A DNA stretch of 63,372 bases, the filler included, from an uncultured bacterium (GTDB lineage: Bacteria; CAYUVA01): the NCBI GenBank assembly GCA_964448115.1. It is 3 parts of 3 records of this genome, joined end to end, with 100 filler letters (N's around TTAATTAATTAA, not from the genome) between each part and the next. Parts side by side here need not be neighbours in the genome. Positions count along the whole stretch, not along the records: positions 1 to 27,663 come from CAYUVA010000051.1; 2 more parts are not named here. One strand, 5' to 3'. The position numbers and the translations under genes were made by a program. The number at the start of each line of letters is the position of its first letter. Within the stretch, counting starts at the first letter, position 1. Below are positions 11,042-21,042 of the stretch, piece after piece. A model generated the notes under the pieces. That model saw nothing but the letters and a program-made list of their open reading frames with translations, had not been told where the DNA came from and made no database searches.

Positions 11042-11413
11042 ATGGGGACTGTAACCCTAGTAACTACAGGCTTATCGGTCATCTTATGGCTGGCAGCGGC
11101 ATTCTTTGCCGGCTATGAGATCAAGCTACACCTATCCAGGAAACAGGTCTATTCCACTAAGCGACTCCATCGACGACTACTCGGCTCAGCAATACTTTTC
11201 ATCATCGGAGCCATGATATTCCTGGGAGTAAATATCATAGATCTCACGGCCGATCCCTGGCTTTTTACCATCTACTGGAGTATCTGTCTCCTGCTGACGC
11301 TAAGCCTCGTGGTCATAGCCATCATCGATGTCCGCGATATCCTGCAAGGTTATGTTTACAGTCAAAAGTTACTCAACGATTACCTGCGACAGAAGGACGA
11401 CAAGCCAAGCTGA
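11042..11413 (+). CDS. Small membrane protein (3 TM)
   Basis: Three hydrophobic segments; starts 15 nt after the upstream stop. Confidence 0.7.
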   Translation: MGTVTLVTTGLSVILWLAAAFFAGYEIKLHLSRKQVYSTKRLHRRLLGSAILFIIGAMIFLGVNIIDLTADPWLFTIYWSICLLLTLSLVVIAIIDVRDILQGYVYSQKLLNDYLRQKDDKPS

Positions 11414-11436
11414 TAAAGTGCGAGAGAAAGCGCATC

Positions 11437-11504
11437 ACGCAAAGACGCAAAGACGCAAAGGGGAAGAAGGAAGAAAAAAGACACAAGGACATAAAGACGC
11501 AGAG
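11437..11504 (+). repeat. 8-nt periodic repeat (ACGCAAAG)n and variants
   Basis: ACGCAAAG x3 at 11437-11460; ACACAAGG ACATAAAG ACGCAGAG at 11481-11504. Confidence 0.8.
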
Positions 11505-11534
11505 AAGGAAGTGAGAGGTGAGAAATAGGAGAAA

Positions 11535-12455
11535 TTGGATTCTATGGACAAGGATGCTTTCAAGCCGACATATCTACAGATCGATGATGACGAATTCAGG
11601 GAACGGATAAAGACTGCCAACGACATCCTGGAGGACTGCGTGCTCTGTCCACGGCGGTGCAGGGTGAACCGCCTTGCTGGCGATCTGGGGGAATGCCAGG
11701 GGGGAGCTTTAGTAAAGATAGCTAGTGCCCATCCGCACTTCGGAGAGGAGCCGGTGCTAGTTGGACGATACGGCTCCGGCACCATATTTTTCTCCAACTG
11801 CAACCTAAGATGCATATTCTGCCAGAACTATGATATCAGCCATTATGGCAGCGGGGAGGAGATAAGCGCTCAGCAACTCGCCAATGTGATGCTCGCCTTA
11901 CAAGGACAGGGCTGCCATAACATAAATATCGTAACTCCCACCCATTATGCACCGCAGCTCATGGAGGCTATGCACATCGCATCCAAAAGCGGATTGCGCA
12001 TCCCCTTGGTTTATAATTGCGGCGGATACGAGTCGCTGCAAGTGCTGAAGCTGCTCGATGGCATTGTCGATATCTATATGCCTGATTTCAAGTTCGCTGA
12101 TAATGATGTCTCCAGGCGTTTCTGCGGGGTGGATGACTACTTCGAGGCGGCAAAGGCTGCCCTGGGCGAGATGCACAGACAAGTGGGGGATCTGAAGGTG
12201 AATACAAGCGGCATCGCTGAGCGGGGGCTGTTGATCCGACACCTGGTCATGCCTGATGATCTGGCAGGAAGCGAAAAGGTGCTCGCTTTCATCGCTGAAG
12301 AGATCTCCAAGGACTCTTATGTGAACATAATGGCACAATATCGTCCCTGCTACAAAGCTTATGATGATCCAGGCATCAATCGGCATCTCGCCTGGCACGA
12401 ACATGAAAAGGCAATGGAGATTGCTAGAAAACTGGGACTACATAGGGGATTTTAG
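11535..12455 (+). CDS. Radical SAM protein, PflX-like
   Basis: CVLCPRRC, HFGEEP, GSGTIFF, CNLRCIFCQN, DIYMPDFK, GLLIRHLVMP, MAQYRP. Confidence 0.9.
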   Translation: MDSMDKDAFKPTYLQIDDDEFRERIKTANDILEDCVLCPRRCRVNRLAGDLGECQGGALVKIASAHPHFGEEPVLVGRYGSGTIFFSNCNLRCIFCQNYDISHYGSGEEISAQQLANVMLALQGQGCHNINIVTPTHYAPQLMEAMHIASKSGLRIPLVYNCGGYESLQVLKLLDGIVDIYMPDFKFADNDVSRRFCGVDDYFEAAKAALGEMHRQVGDLKVNTSGIAERGLLIRHLVMPDDLAGSEKVLAFIAEEISKDSYVNIMAQYRPCYKAYDDPGINRHLAWHEHEKAMEIARKLGLHRGF

Positions 12456-12522
12456 GTAATAATTGAGGACAAACCTGAAGAATTGATTTTCATTACAAGG
12501 TCAGTGTCCGATCTTGTAAAAA

Positions 12523-12583
12523 CCGAGCCGTGAGCCTTAGCGAGCAGTCAGCGCTTGACCGCTCCCTAACGGTCGTGGCTTGG
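12523..12583. repeat. REP-like imperfect inverted repeat
   Basis: CCGAGCCGTGAGCCTTAGCGAGCAGTCA-gcgct-TGACCGCTCCCTAACGGTCGTGGCTTGG. Confidence 0.6.
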
Positions 12584-12854
12584 ATATTATATCGCCGAAC
12601 CTAGTTGAGCTTCTTAAAAGATACCAGGTGGATACGGTGGTTTACCTTGCATCGGTAGTTACGCCTCCAAAGGGTGCGACAAGAAAGTTTCTTCATTCTT
12701 TCAATCATAGCCACCAGGTTGAAAAACAAGGTTTTATATGAACAACTGGATCACCGGTGATCTAGTTACCAATCCCGATAAGGATTAACACGCTCGGTTA
12801 ATAATTGCCTTAGCCTTGGATTTCGACCCGAAATTATGGTCTATTTCCTAAAAA

Positions 12855-12884
12855 TTGACAAAGAGGGGTAAAAAACCTTATTAT
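12855..12884 (+). promoter_or_regulatory. Sigma70-type promoter for 12984 gene
   Basis: TTGACA-18nt-TATTAT. Confidence 0.55.
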
Positions 12885-12983
12885 AGATTTAGGAAGCAAA
12901 TAGTGTGCTCTTGGGGATGCAAGAGTTGATCTGAAGAGTGGAGAATCCAAGGGCGTTTTTGATTTAGTGGAAAAGGTCATCTG

Positions 12984-15548
12984 ATGAGAAACCTATCGTT
13001 GCTTTTACCATTGGTGGCTGTCTTTATTTATCATGCAGCCACAGTGCCCTTTAGCGATAACTATCCGCCATATACGCTGGAGCATACGCCAGCCAAGTGG
13101 TCGAGCAATGTCTCTCGCAGCACTAATATTCAGGTCAGGATCGAAGATACCAGCTCCGCGATAGATGTTGATAGCATTGAGCTTTTCATCCGCGGTGTCC
13201 AGGTAACCCCTACTGCCACGCATCCTTTCCCTGGCAACTACAAGATCGCGCTCGTATTTTATGATCCTCCCACTGATTTCGATTATGGCGAGCGGGTGCA
13301 TGTGGAGCTGAATGCCTGCGATATAGTGCCTAACTGCATGAACGAGGCGTACTACTTCACCATAGAAGAGGCACCCTGGACGGCTACGCCGACCATCTCT
13401 CCGACCCCGACCGATACCGGCGCACCGACCTGGACGCCGAGCTATACTCCGACCATGACTGCCACCCCGACCAAGACTCCAACCTTTGGTCCCTCACCCA
13501 CGCCGACTAATACAGGCACCTATACCTGGACACCGTCTGTAACCCCGACCGCATCCCCCTTTTTCGATAACACGGCTCCGCGCACCTTCAATCACACACC
13601 GGCGCGGTTCTCCAGTCATAATGACAACTACACCCAGGTATCCTTTGACATTACCGATGATGGCATAGGATTGAATCCTACGACGGTCAGGCTTCTGGTC
13701 AATTTTAATGCGGTGGATCTGAACATGAACGAGACCGAGCCGGGAGTATATCATTGCAGGTATCAGACCACGGAGCCGTATCCCTATTCCAGTCGGGTCG
13801 ATATAAAAATAGAGGGCTGCGACCTACAGACGACTCCAGAGCCGAATTGCATGTTGGATAATACCTATTTTTTCTACATCGAGGATGCTCCCACGCCAAC
13901 AGCTACCCCGACCCCCTTCTTGTCTGCCACACCTACCTGCACTCCTACTGGTACGCCGACTTCAACCCCACTAGGAGGTGTTATATACCAGGATACGACC
14001 TGGTATGCTCACGATAGTCCCTTCTTTATAATAAACGACCTCACCGTTGCACCTAATGCGACTCTGACCATAGAGCCGGGTTGCGAGATCAGGTTTAAGG
14101 GGATGTACACGCTAAAAATAGACGGCACTCTGATCGCCAGGGGAGAGAGGGCAGCCCCGATAATCTTCACCTTCGATAGTCCATATCCATCGCCTGGCTC
14201 CTGGGAGTGCATCAAGTTTACCAACCAGTCGCTCTGGGCGGTGTTGGATGAGGAATATAACTGGCTTGCCGGATGCGTAATGGAGTGGTGCCATGTTTTC
14301 TATAGCAAGGAGGGGATCTCCATCCAGGGGGCATCCCCGCTGATCAAGAAATGCAAGGTTATGTACACTAATAACCGTCTCGATCTCGGCGGTGCGATCA
14401 ACATCATCGACGGCGCATCTCCTTATATCATAAACACCCAGGTATCCTTGACCCTGGCTAGAAGCGGCGGTGGAATTTACATAAATAACTCTACGCCTTT
14501 GCTCATGGGATGCCAGGTGGTGGGAAATGTGGCTCAGACCGAGGGTGGGGGAATATATGCCACCTACCTTGCCTATCCCAAGATCCATGATTGCAGCATC
14601 ATCGGCAACGACCAGGATGGCATATTCCTGGGAGACGGCGTGGATGCGGAGATATTACGATGCAATATAACCCGAAACAGCGATTGCGGGATAAGAGGCA
14701 ACTCTACCGCATTTCATGACAGCAATATCATGAACAATGGCGAATACGATGTACGAAATACATCTGAGCAGACCTTCGAGGCGCAGGAAAACTACTGGGG
14801 CACCACCGATGAGGGGCAGATCGAGGAGAATATCTACGATGACGATGATGATCAGTTCGTCGGTGCGATCAATTTCCAGCCGTTTTTAGAGGAATTTTCA
14901 CTGCAACCCCCGCCCTTGCCCCCGCAGAATGTAAACATCGTAGCCGGCGATGGCAAGGTTACTCTATCTTGGGACGAGGGGGATCTGGAGAGGATCGAGC
15001 ATTATCGGGTTTACTACGACACCGACTCCGGGGTTCCCTACAACGGCACCGGCTCCGCGCAAGGCTCCTCGCCGATAGATATAGGCGGTTTCCCCGAATT
15101 CACGGTCAGCGGCCTGACCAATGGTGTAAAATACTACTTTGCGGTAACCGCGCTGCTCAAGGACGGCACAGAGACCTGGTATTCCGAGGAGGTGAGTCGC
15201 ATCCCCTTCAAGGACATATACAAGGATGCACCGGTGGTGCTTGCTGCCGGCTATTGGGATACCTACCTGGATTACAACTCGACCCATCTATCAATGATTG
15301 CACTGCTGACCGAACCACAAGGCTTGGATAATATTGCCTCGGTTGCCATTTTTTATCAGGGCGCGCCCAGCGGCATCCTCTTGTTCGATGATGGCGCATC
15401 CGGCGACTTCGGCGCTGGAGATGGAGTATTCGGTTTTAGCACCGACCTTCCCGTTGGATTAGATCCCTTGTGGCTGCTTCTCGAACTGAATAGCGTTGAC
15501 AAGACTGGCAATAAAGGGCGGCGCTGGCCGTTCCTGGTCGTGCAATAA
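12984..15548 (+). CDS. Exported protein: 2x Ig-like repeat + Thr/Pro linkers + beta-helix + FN3 + shared C-terminal WPxLxV domain
   Basis: Signal peptide; duplicated HTPA..SS...T...I.D....ID..S...ACD...NCM...YYF.IE module; beta-helix/FN3 similar to the 922..4554 modules. Confidence 0.85.
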   Translation: MRNLSLLLPLVAVFIYHAATVPFSDNYPPYTLEHTPAKWSSNVSRSTNIQVRIEDTSSAIDVDSIELFIRGVQVTPTATHPFPGNYKIALVFYDPPTDFDYGERVHVELNACDIVPNCMNEAYYFTIEEAPWTATPTISPTPTDTGAPTWTPSYTPTMTATPTKTPTFGPSPTPTNTGTYTWTPSVTPTASPFFDNTAPRTFNHTPARFSSHNDNYTQVSFDITDDGIGLNPTTVRLLVNFNAVDLNMNETEPGVYHCRYQTTEPYPYSSRVDIKIEGCDLQTTPEPNCMLDNTYFFYIEDAPTPTATPTPFLSATPTCTPTGTPTSTPLGGVIYQDTTWYAHDSPFFIINDLTVAPNATLTIEPGCEIRFKGMYTLKIDGTLIARGERAAPIIFTFDSPYPSPGSWECIKFTNQSLWAVLDEEYNWLAGCVMEWCHVFYSKEGISIQGASPLIKKCKVMYTNNRLDLGGAINIIDGASPYIINTQVSLTLARSGGGIYINNSTPLLMGCQVVGNVAQTEGGGIYATYLAYPKIHDCSIIGNDQDGIFLGDGVDAEILRCNITRNSDCGIRGNSTAFHDSNIMNNGEYDVRNTSEQTFEAQENYWGTTDEGQIEENIYDDDDDQFVGAINFQPFLEEFSLQPPPLPPQNVNIVAGDGKVTLSWDEGDLERIEHYRVYYDTDSGVPYNGTGSAQGSSPIDIGGFPEFTVSGLTNGVKYYFAVTALLKDGTETWYSEEVSRIPFKDIYKDAPVVLAAGYWDTYLDYNSTHLSMIALLTEPQGLDNIASVAIFYQGAPSGILLFDDGASGDFGAGDGVFGFSTDLPVGLDPLWLLLELNSVDKTGNKGRRWPFLVVQ

Positions 15549-15550
15549 TA

Positions 15551-16717
15551 ATGCCATCTGAGTCAATTATACAAGGAACGCGCATAAGGAAGAAGTTCAA
15601 GATAGCAGCAACTCGCAGTACCCTGTATGCCATGCTGCTTGCCATGCTTATCTTCTTGGCTGCGGTGAATTCAGGGATCAACCTGTTGTTCATGGTCAGC
15701 TCTTTCCTTATCGCCACCCTGGTCTTCAATGCTATAACTGCCTGGTTGGCTTTGCCACCTGCTGGCTTGAGACTCAACATGGCGGATAATATCCATGCTG
15801 GCACCCCGTTGGAGGTGCAACTTATTTATACCACTCGGATGGGACCGCTGCCCAAAGCATTCGAGGCGACTGTGCTTTTGAGTGGAAAGTCAGGATCGAC
15901 ATCATGGAGCTTATCAAGCGCCCCTGCTAATTATGTAATATTCGGAAAAAGCAGATCGAGAGATATTATTCTTAGGATAGATTCTCCGTCGCGGGGTAGA
16001 TATGACATTGCCCAAGTTAGGCTGCGCTCCAGCTTTCCCTTTGGCTTACTCGAAGCAAGACGCACAATTTCAATGGATATCGAGCTTTATATTTATCCCC
16101 GTCTGATCGAGGTCGCTCGTCATCAACTCATGCCGGCAAGCGCCAAGAACGAGGTTTCCAAGCCGACTAGAAGGCGCTCCAATATGGGGTCGGTGCCGCT
16201 TAGCATCAGGGAACACCGCCCCGGCGACCCACTAAGGCATATCCACTGGAAGGCGAGTGCCCATAAAGGCTCGATAATGGTAAAGGAACTGGAGAGGGAA
16301 GAGTTCCTCGTCGCCGCTATTCTATTATGTCTGAAGCTGAGCGATCGACAAGACAAACAACTATTCGATGCAGAACTGGAGAAAAGCCTTGAATTGGCAG
16401 CATCATATACAAGGTTGCTTCTTAATCGCGGCTTTACAGTTCAACTTATTGGCTATATCCCCCAACGGATCCAAATCCCCCCCGGTAGGGGAGCCAAATA
16501 TGAAAGCGAGGTATTGAGGATCCTTGCCGAGGCGCAAAGACCGGCTGAGGATTACACCGATGCTATAATCGCCGACCTGAAACACAAGGCGCTATCTACC
16601 TCAACGGTGATAATGATCAGCGACCATGACGATAAGCGCTGCCGTGAGCTTATCAGCCAGTTGCAACTGGCTGGATATCGCGTTATCCAGGGTAGGGAAG
16701 AGGTCAAAACAGGATAA
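15551..16717 (+). CDS. DUF58 family protein
   Basis: AAVNSGINLLF, RGRY...SSFPFGL, LYIYP, IREHRPGDPLRHIHWKASA...MVKELE. Confidence 0.9.
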   Translation: MPSESIIQGTRIRKKFKIAATRSTLYAMLLAMLIFLAAVNSGINLLFMVSSFLIATLVFNAITAWLALPPAGLRLNMADNIHAGTPLEVQLIYTTRMGPLPKAFEATVLLSGKSGSTSWSLSSAPANYVIFGKSRSRDIILRIDSPSRGRYDIAQVRLRSSFPFGLLEARRTISMDIELYIYPRLIEVARHQLMPASAKNEVSKPTRRRSNMGSVPLSIREHRPGDPLRHIHWKASAHKGSIMVKELEREEFLVAAILLCLKLSDRQDKQLFDAELEKSLELAASYTRLLLNRGFTVQLIGYIPQRIQIPPGRGAKYESEVLRILAEAQRPAEDYTDAIIADLKHKALSTSTVIMISDHDDKRCRELISQLQLAGYRVIQGREEVKTG

Positions 16718-16762
16718 AGCATAGTCATAGCGGAGCGTAGGAATATCTGCATTTTCTTTCCT

Positions 16763-16905
16763 CTTTGCTTTCTTTGCGCCTTTGCGTGATCCTCTTTTTC
16801 CTCGCACCTCTTCCTCTTTGCGATCTTTGTCCCGGCTCTATAGAGCAAGAGTCGGGATAAACTTCTTCTTTGCGTGAGTCCTCTTTCTTAGCCTCTTTGC
16901 GTGCA
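16763..16905 (-). repeat. Degenerate (CTTTGCGT)n repeats, reverse complement of the 11437 repeat
   Basis: CTTTGCTTTCTTTGCGCCTTTGCGTGA plus further CTTTGCG copies between convergent genes. Confidence 0.7.
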
Positions 16906-16906
16906 A

Positions 16907-19681
16907 TTATTCTATGCGCAGTTGGCGTATTGCCATGATATATAGGGCGCTGGGATTCTCTGTGGGGTATCGCTGCCTTAGTTTGATGGTATGAATGCCG
17001 CTCGCTTTTAGAGGCACGCTAAATCTTGCAGCCTCCCATGCAGATGAACGCGGTACATATTCGCCGATCTTCCTATTATCCACCTTCAGGGTAAGCGCGG
17101 TCTCCCCGAAGCTCTTTGGTGTTGCCATGATGACCGCAGTCAGGTTGTAATCGCCGGGCATACACTCCACCTGGCAGCCAACCGTTGCATTATTGCTGAA
17201 TGCGATTCCCCCTGGCCATGGTACCGCATAGCCGTTGATCACATCCAACTTATCACCGGGGATCCAAGACCCCGGTCTATAGATGATATTGGAATCGACG
17301 GTTGGCATTACGCTCAGGTTAGGCTCATCCTCAAATATTCCGATCTTGTCTATGTAGATATCGCATTTACTCATCTTGGGATTTAATAGATACAACGGCT
17401 TACAATCGTGAGTGTAAATCGAAAAATAATTCAGTGCGCGGTCATCTATCATTACCTTATGAACGATATTGTTTTCCTGGCATCTTACTTCCAGTGATGG
17501 ATGGTCGATCCCATAGCAGCCCCAGTCCTTGCGCGCCTTGATTACCAGGTAACTCCCCGGACTAATGCTTAGATCCTCGAGGGAAAATCTATCCCTCGGT
17601 CTTAGCCTTGCGGTCATCTCCCTCAGTCCGTGGCTAATGCGGTCGGTCTGCGATAGAAAGAAATAAAGCTCCAACAGGTTTTCTTGGTACATCTCTTCCA
17701 TGCTTAGTTCATCAATTCTCTCATCGCTCCAATCGCTCCAGAAGAGATCCAGCTTTCCCTGTTTATAAGCCCTTATCACCAATGGCATCTTTTGCCAGTC
17801 GTGCAGCGATTGGCGGAGACGGTCATCGTAGTCCTCCAGGTAATGGTCCGATATGTTTCGCGAGGAGATGACCAAGATCTCAGCCTCGATCCAACGATTT
17901 AATGAAACCAGGGAGCCGACTGCGATGGCTATGCAGATGGTCAATGTGGCTGCATACGATAAGATAGTCATCATCGCAGGCTTAAGGTCTCTTTGGACAA
18001 AGAATAAGCCGATAATGCCCAGGCTGCTGATGATGACAAATAGATATGACCAGGTATCGCCTCTGATCATGCTGGGAAAGGCTTGCAGCAGCGGTTCATT
18101 GAGTAATCGATCGAGTAGCTCATCGATCCTGGTGATGCCGATAGCTGCATTAAGACGAAACCTGGGGATGCAGGTTAACCAAGTCAGCTTGAGCGCACTT
18201 ATAACCACCAAGAGGTTGAATACGATGCCTGCCTTGTAGCGGCGAAGCTCTAAGTATCCGAAGGCAGCGATGATGACCAACATGGGAGTAAGCGCTACGA
18301 TAAATCTCCCCGGCGGGTTCAAGCCACCGTACCAGAAGTAACCGCGCAGCTTCAGCAATATAAACAGGTAAAATGCTGCTGGCAACAGGATTGCTGCTCG
18401 ATATTCCTTTCCCTTTATCAAGAGTGCAGGTAATCCCAGCAGCGCAATCCAAAATAAAGGGAAATGCATGAACAGACCGAACTCCGCATCAAAGAGGATA
18501 CCCAATAATCCCCTTAAAAAGTAACCATCGAAGTGCAGCAGTGAATACCAGACATGGTGTGCGCCCAAGTATCGCCAGATATATGCCCCGCTTAAAAGAA
18601 AATAATCGATGGCAACTATCGATAGCATTATTACCATCAGGATGGCTGATATCTTGATTGCTAGCTTACTAACCTTTGCGCGTATTAGCACAATAACAAC
18701 GGCAAAGCCCACCAACATCGGTACGAAACGCACCTTTAAGCCCATCAACGCCAGGGCGGATATGAGCAACAAAGCTAGCCCTTTCATACTGCTGAAAGAG
18801 CGAGGATCAATAATTATAATCAACAAAATGGCGGTCAGGAGCGCAGCCGGCAATTCCACAAAGACCGCCTGGCTGTAGTAGTATGCCGGGCTGAGGAAGG
18901 TGCATAATGCCCAGCTAAATGCGCAGGCATGGTTATCTTGTGTAATAGTTCGTGTCAGCCAGGCACAAAGGATTCCCAGGATGGATAAAAGTGCTGCCAG
19001 TAAAAATAAGACTCCCAGCCTGCCACCTAAGAAATAAAATGGCGCAATGAGCAACGGAAAGCCGATCCTTCTTGACCACGAACCCGCCCAATCCTCGGTC
19101 TTGAGATCATCGGAGACGAAGTCCTTATACTGCTTTTCTTCTAGGTTATTTCTAAGGTTTAGATCCGCATCTTTTGCTAAGCTCAGCGCATTGAGCAAAT
19201 AAACTACCTCGTCGCCGCAAGATACAAGGCTACTATTTATAAAAGCAGCTAGCGGTATAAGCAGGCAAAGGGAAGCACCCAAGGCGCACAAGACAGTTCT
19301 TTTGACTATTCCGATATCCTTTAATAGCAGATAGACGAAGTTGATGATGTTGATTCCCTTTACAGCAACAATAAGGACGAAACTGTAATGTACCTGGAAT
19401 ATGACCTCCTCGTAAGCGAAAATTAGAGCCAGCAGGCTTATTATGAAATTGACTACTACCCTGGTGGAAAACCCTTTTATTTCAGCAAAACGCTGATGTG
19501 TAAAATAAAACCAGGCGGCAAACAAGATCTCGGCAACTCCAACCCAGAACAGCGGCTTGAACGGCTTGAAGAAGCTGGGGATAAGGAACACACTATCTCG
19601 GATTTCACCGATCAGGATGATGGCGATGCCGATAATAAACGATGCGAAGATTAGATACGTTTGCCACCCAATCTTTTTCAT
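16907..19681 (-). CDS. Polytopic membrane protein, GT-C-like glycosyltransferase with C-terminal soluble domain
   Basis: GDEVVYLLNALSLAKDADL motif, many TM helices, GILFDAEFGLF...P, WYGGLNPPGRF. Confidence 0.65.
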   Translation of the reverse strand: MKKIGWQTYLIFASFIIGIAIILIGEIRDSVFLIPSFFKPFKPLFWVGVAEILFAAWFYFTHQRFAEIKGFSTRVVVNFIISLLALIFAYEEVIFQVHYSFVLIVAVKGINIINFVYLLLKDIGIVKRTVLCALGASLCLLIPLAAFINSSLVSCGDEVVYLLNALSLAKDADLNLRNNLEEKQYKDFVSDDLKTEDWAGSWSRRIGFPLLIAPFYFLGGRLGVLFLLAALLSILGILCAWLTRTITQDNHACAFSWALCTFLSPAYYYSQAVFVELPAALLTAILLIIIIDPRSFSSMKGLALLLISALALMGLKVRFVPMLVGFAVVIVLIRAKVSKLAIKISAILMVIMLSIVAIDYFLLSGAYIWRYLGAHHVWYSLLHFDGYFLRGLLGILFDAEFGLFMHFPLFWIALLGLPALLIKGKEYRAAILLPAAFYLFILLKLRGYFWYGGLNPPGRFIVALTPMLVIIAAFGYLELRRYKAGIVFNLLVVISALKLTWLTCIPRFRLNAAIGITRIDELLDRLLNEPLLQAFPSMIRGDTWSYLFVIISSLGIIGLFFVQRDLKPAMMTILSYAATLTICIAIAVGSLVSLNRWIEAEILVISSRNISDHYLEDYDDRLRQSLHDWQKMPLVIRAYKQGKLDLFWSDWSDERIDELSMEEMYQENLLELYFFLSQTDRISHGLREMTARLRPRDRFSLEDLSISPGSYLVIKARKDWGCYGIDHPSLEVRCQENNIVHKVMIDDRALNYFSIYTHDCKPLYLLNPKMSKCDIYIDKIGIFEDEPNLSVMPTVDSNIIYRPGSWIPGDKLDVINGYAVPWPGGIAFSNNATVGCQVECMPGDYNLTAVIMATPKSFGETALTLKVDNRKIGEYVPRSSAWEAARFSVPLKASGIHTIKLRQRYPTENPSALYIMAIRQLRIE

Positions 19682-20901
19682 CTTCTTGCTGGAGAGATCT
19701 CACCTAGGTTCAGGTAGAGATAGATGCTCCAGATAATGATACTCAGGATCATTACCGTAATCCAAAGGGTCCTTTTAGAGAAAGTGGTTATATAGAGATC
19801 TTTTTTTATGCTACAGACATACCTGTCTTTGCAATTCTTCAATGAAGGTGCCAGTTTCTTAGCGATCTCCCTCTCCTTTTGTTGGCTCCACAGGTGCCCA
19901 TGATATAGCATATAGGGGTGATAATATTCCTTAAGGAACATATACTCCAGGTACATCTTCAGCTCATCGCCTTGCTTTGCATATTTATTCAGATGCCCCA
20001 TGTGCAGGTTAGCTTCGTCGATATAGACCAGTGGCGCTCGATATACACTGTTTCCTTCCAGGCTTCTTTGTCTTATCTTCATAGCGGTCTGTTCCGCATC
20101 GACCGAGTTGCAGTAGTCTAGGAATACCTTGAAGTCCTCGACAGTTAGTTCCTTTAGATCTTGAGGTTTAAAGGAGATCACGAAACACCCGCAGCCTTGT
20201 ATGATCACCCTATGACCAAATGGATGCACTAGTGTTATAAATGAGGCTAACAGGATCACGGTTATCAATGAGAAGATCAGCACCGTGTTTATTGATTTCA
20301 GGGGGATCTTTTCTTGGGATATGACCTTTGGGCGAAGTATAAAAGCTACCACAAGCTGTCCTAGGATCACAGACTTAATATTAAGTATAACATCCCTGAT
20401 TTCTCCTACCCGATTGGGAAGCTGCCACTGCACAAGCTCCTCGCCAGCTCCGATCCAAGTTCCCACCATGCAAGCGATGATATGCGCTGTCTTGTCTTTT
20501 ATATCGTAAGAGACTGCGCGGAAGATTAGATAACTTAGAAATCCATACTTGATAAGGTGCTCCCTCTCCACGAGAATTCGCAGGGTGGCGAAAAAATAAA
20601 TATAAATGCCACTTAGGATTAAAAACCAGATCAATCTTGGCTTCCTTAGAGCGATCTCCCCCTTGATGATCCATACCAAGAAAGCGGCGGCAATACCGAC
20701 TGCGATCAGGCTGAAGATGGCATATATCGCATCTCCAAATATGTTTTCCAACATCTTTTGTATTATACGTAGGTAACTGGGGGTGGCAAAGATAAACAGC
20801 GTGAAAGCAAAGATAAGCGACCATTCAAGCGGCTTGCTGGGGCGTATATTTAGTATCTTCATGATGGTGGTGATTTTATGATAATCTTTGCTCAAAGACA
20901 A
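19678..20901 (-). CDS. VanZ-like domain membrane protein
   Basis: EREHLIKYGFL...GAGEELVQWQLPNRVGEIRDVILN; ATGA overlap with downstream gene. Confidence 0.75.
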   Translation of the reverse strand: MSLSKDYHKITTIMKILNIRPSKPLEWSLIFAFTLFIFATPSYLRIIQKMLENIFGDAIYAIFSLIAVGIAAAFLVWIIKGEIALRKPRLIWFLILSGIYIYFFATLRILVEREHLIKYGFLSYLIFRAVSYDIKDKTAHIIACMVGTWIGAGEELVQWQLPNRVGEIRDVILNIKSVILGQLVVAFILRPKVISQEKIPLKSINTVLIFSLITVILLASFITLVHPFGHRVIIQGCGCFVISFKPQDLKELTVEDFKVFLDYCNSVDAEQTAMKIRQRSLEGNSVYRAPLVYIDEANLHMGHLNKYAKQGDELKMYLEYMFLKEYYHPYMLYHGHLWSQQKEREIAKKLAPSLKNCKDRYVCSIKKDLYITTFSKRTLWITVMILSIIIWSIYLYLNLGEISPARR

Positions 20902-20946
20902 AGAGATTGCTTTTTGGGTTACTTTGAGGCATATTAGATCTAAGTC

Positions 20947-20975
20947 TTGACACTAAAAAATAAATAAGATAACCT
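20947..20975 (+). promoter_or_regulatory. Sigma70-type promoter
   Basis: TTGACA-17nt-TAACCT upstream of 21043. Confidence 0.5.
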
Positions 20976-21042
20976 TTATTTTAGGTTGTTGTTAACCTTA
21001 GTTTGTATAGTAGGGTTACTCGGCATGGCAAGAGGTTGATAA

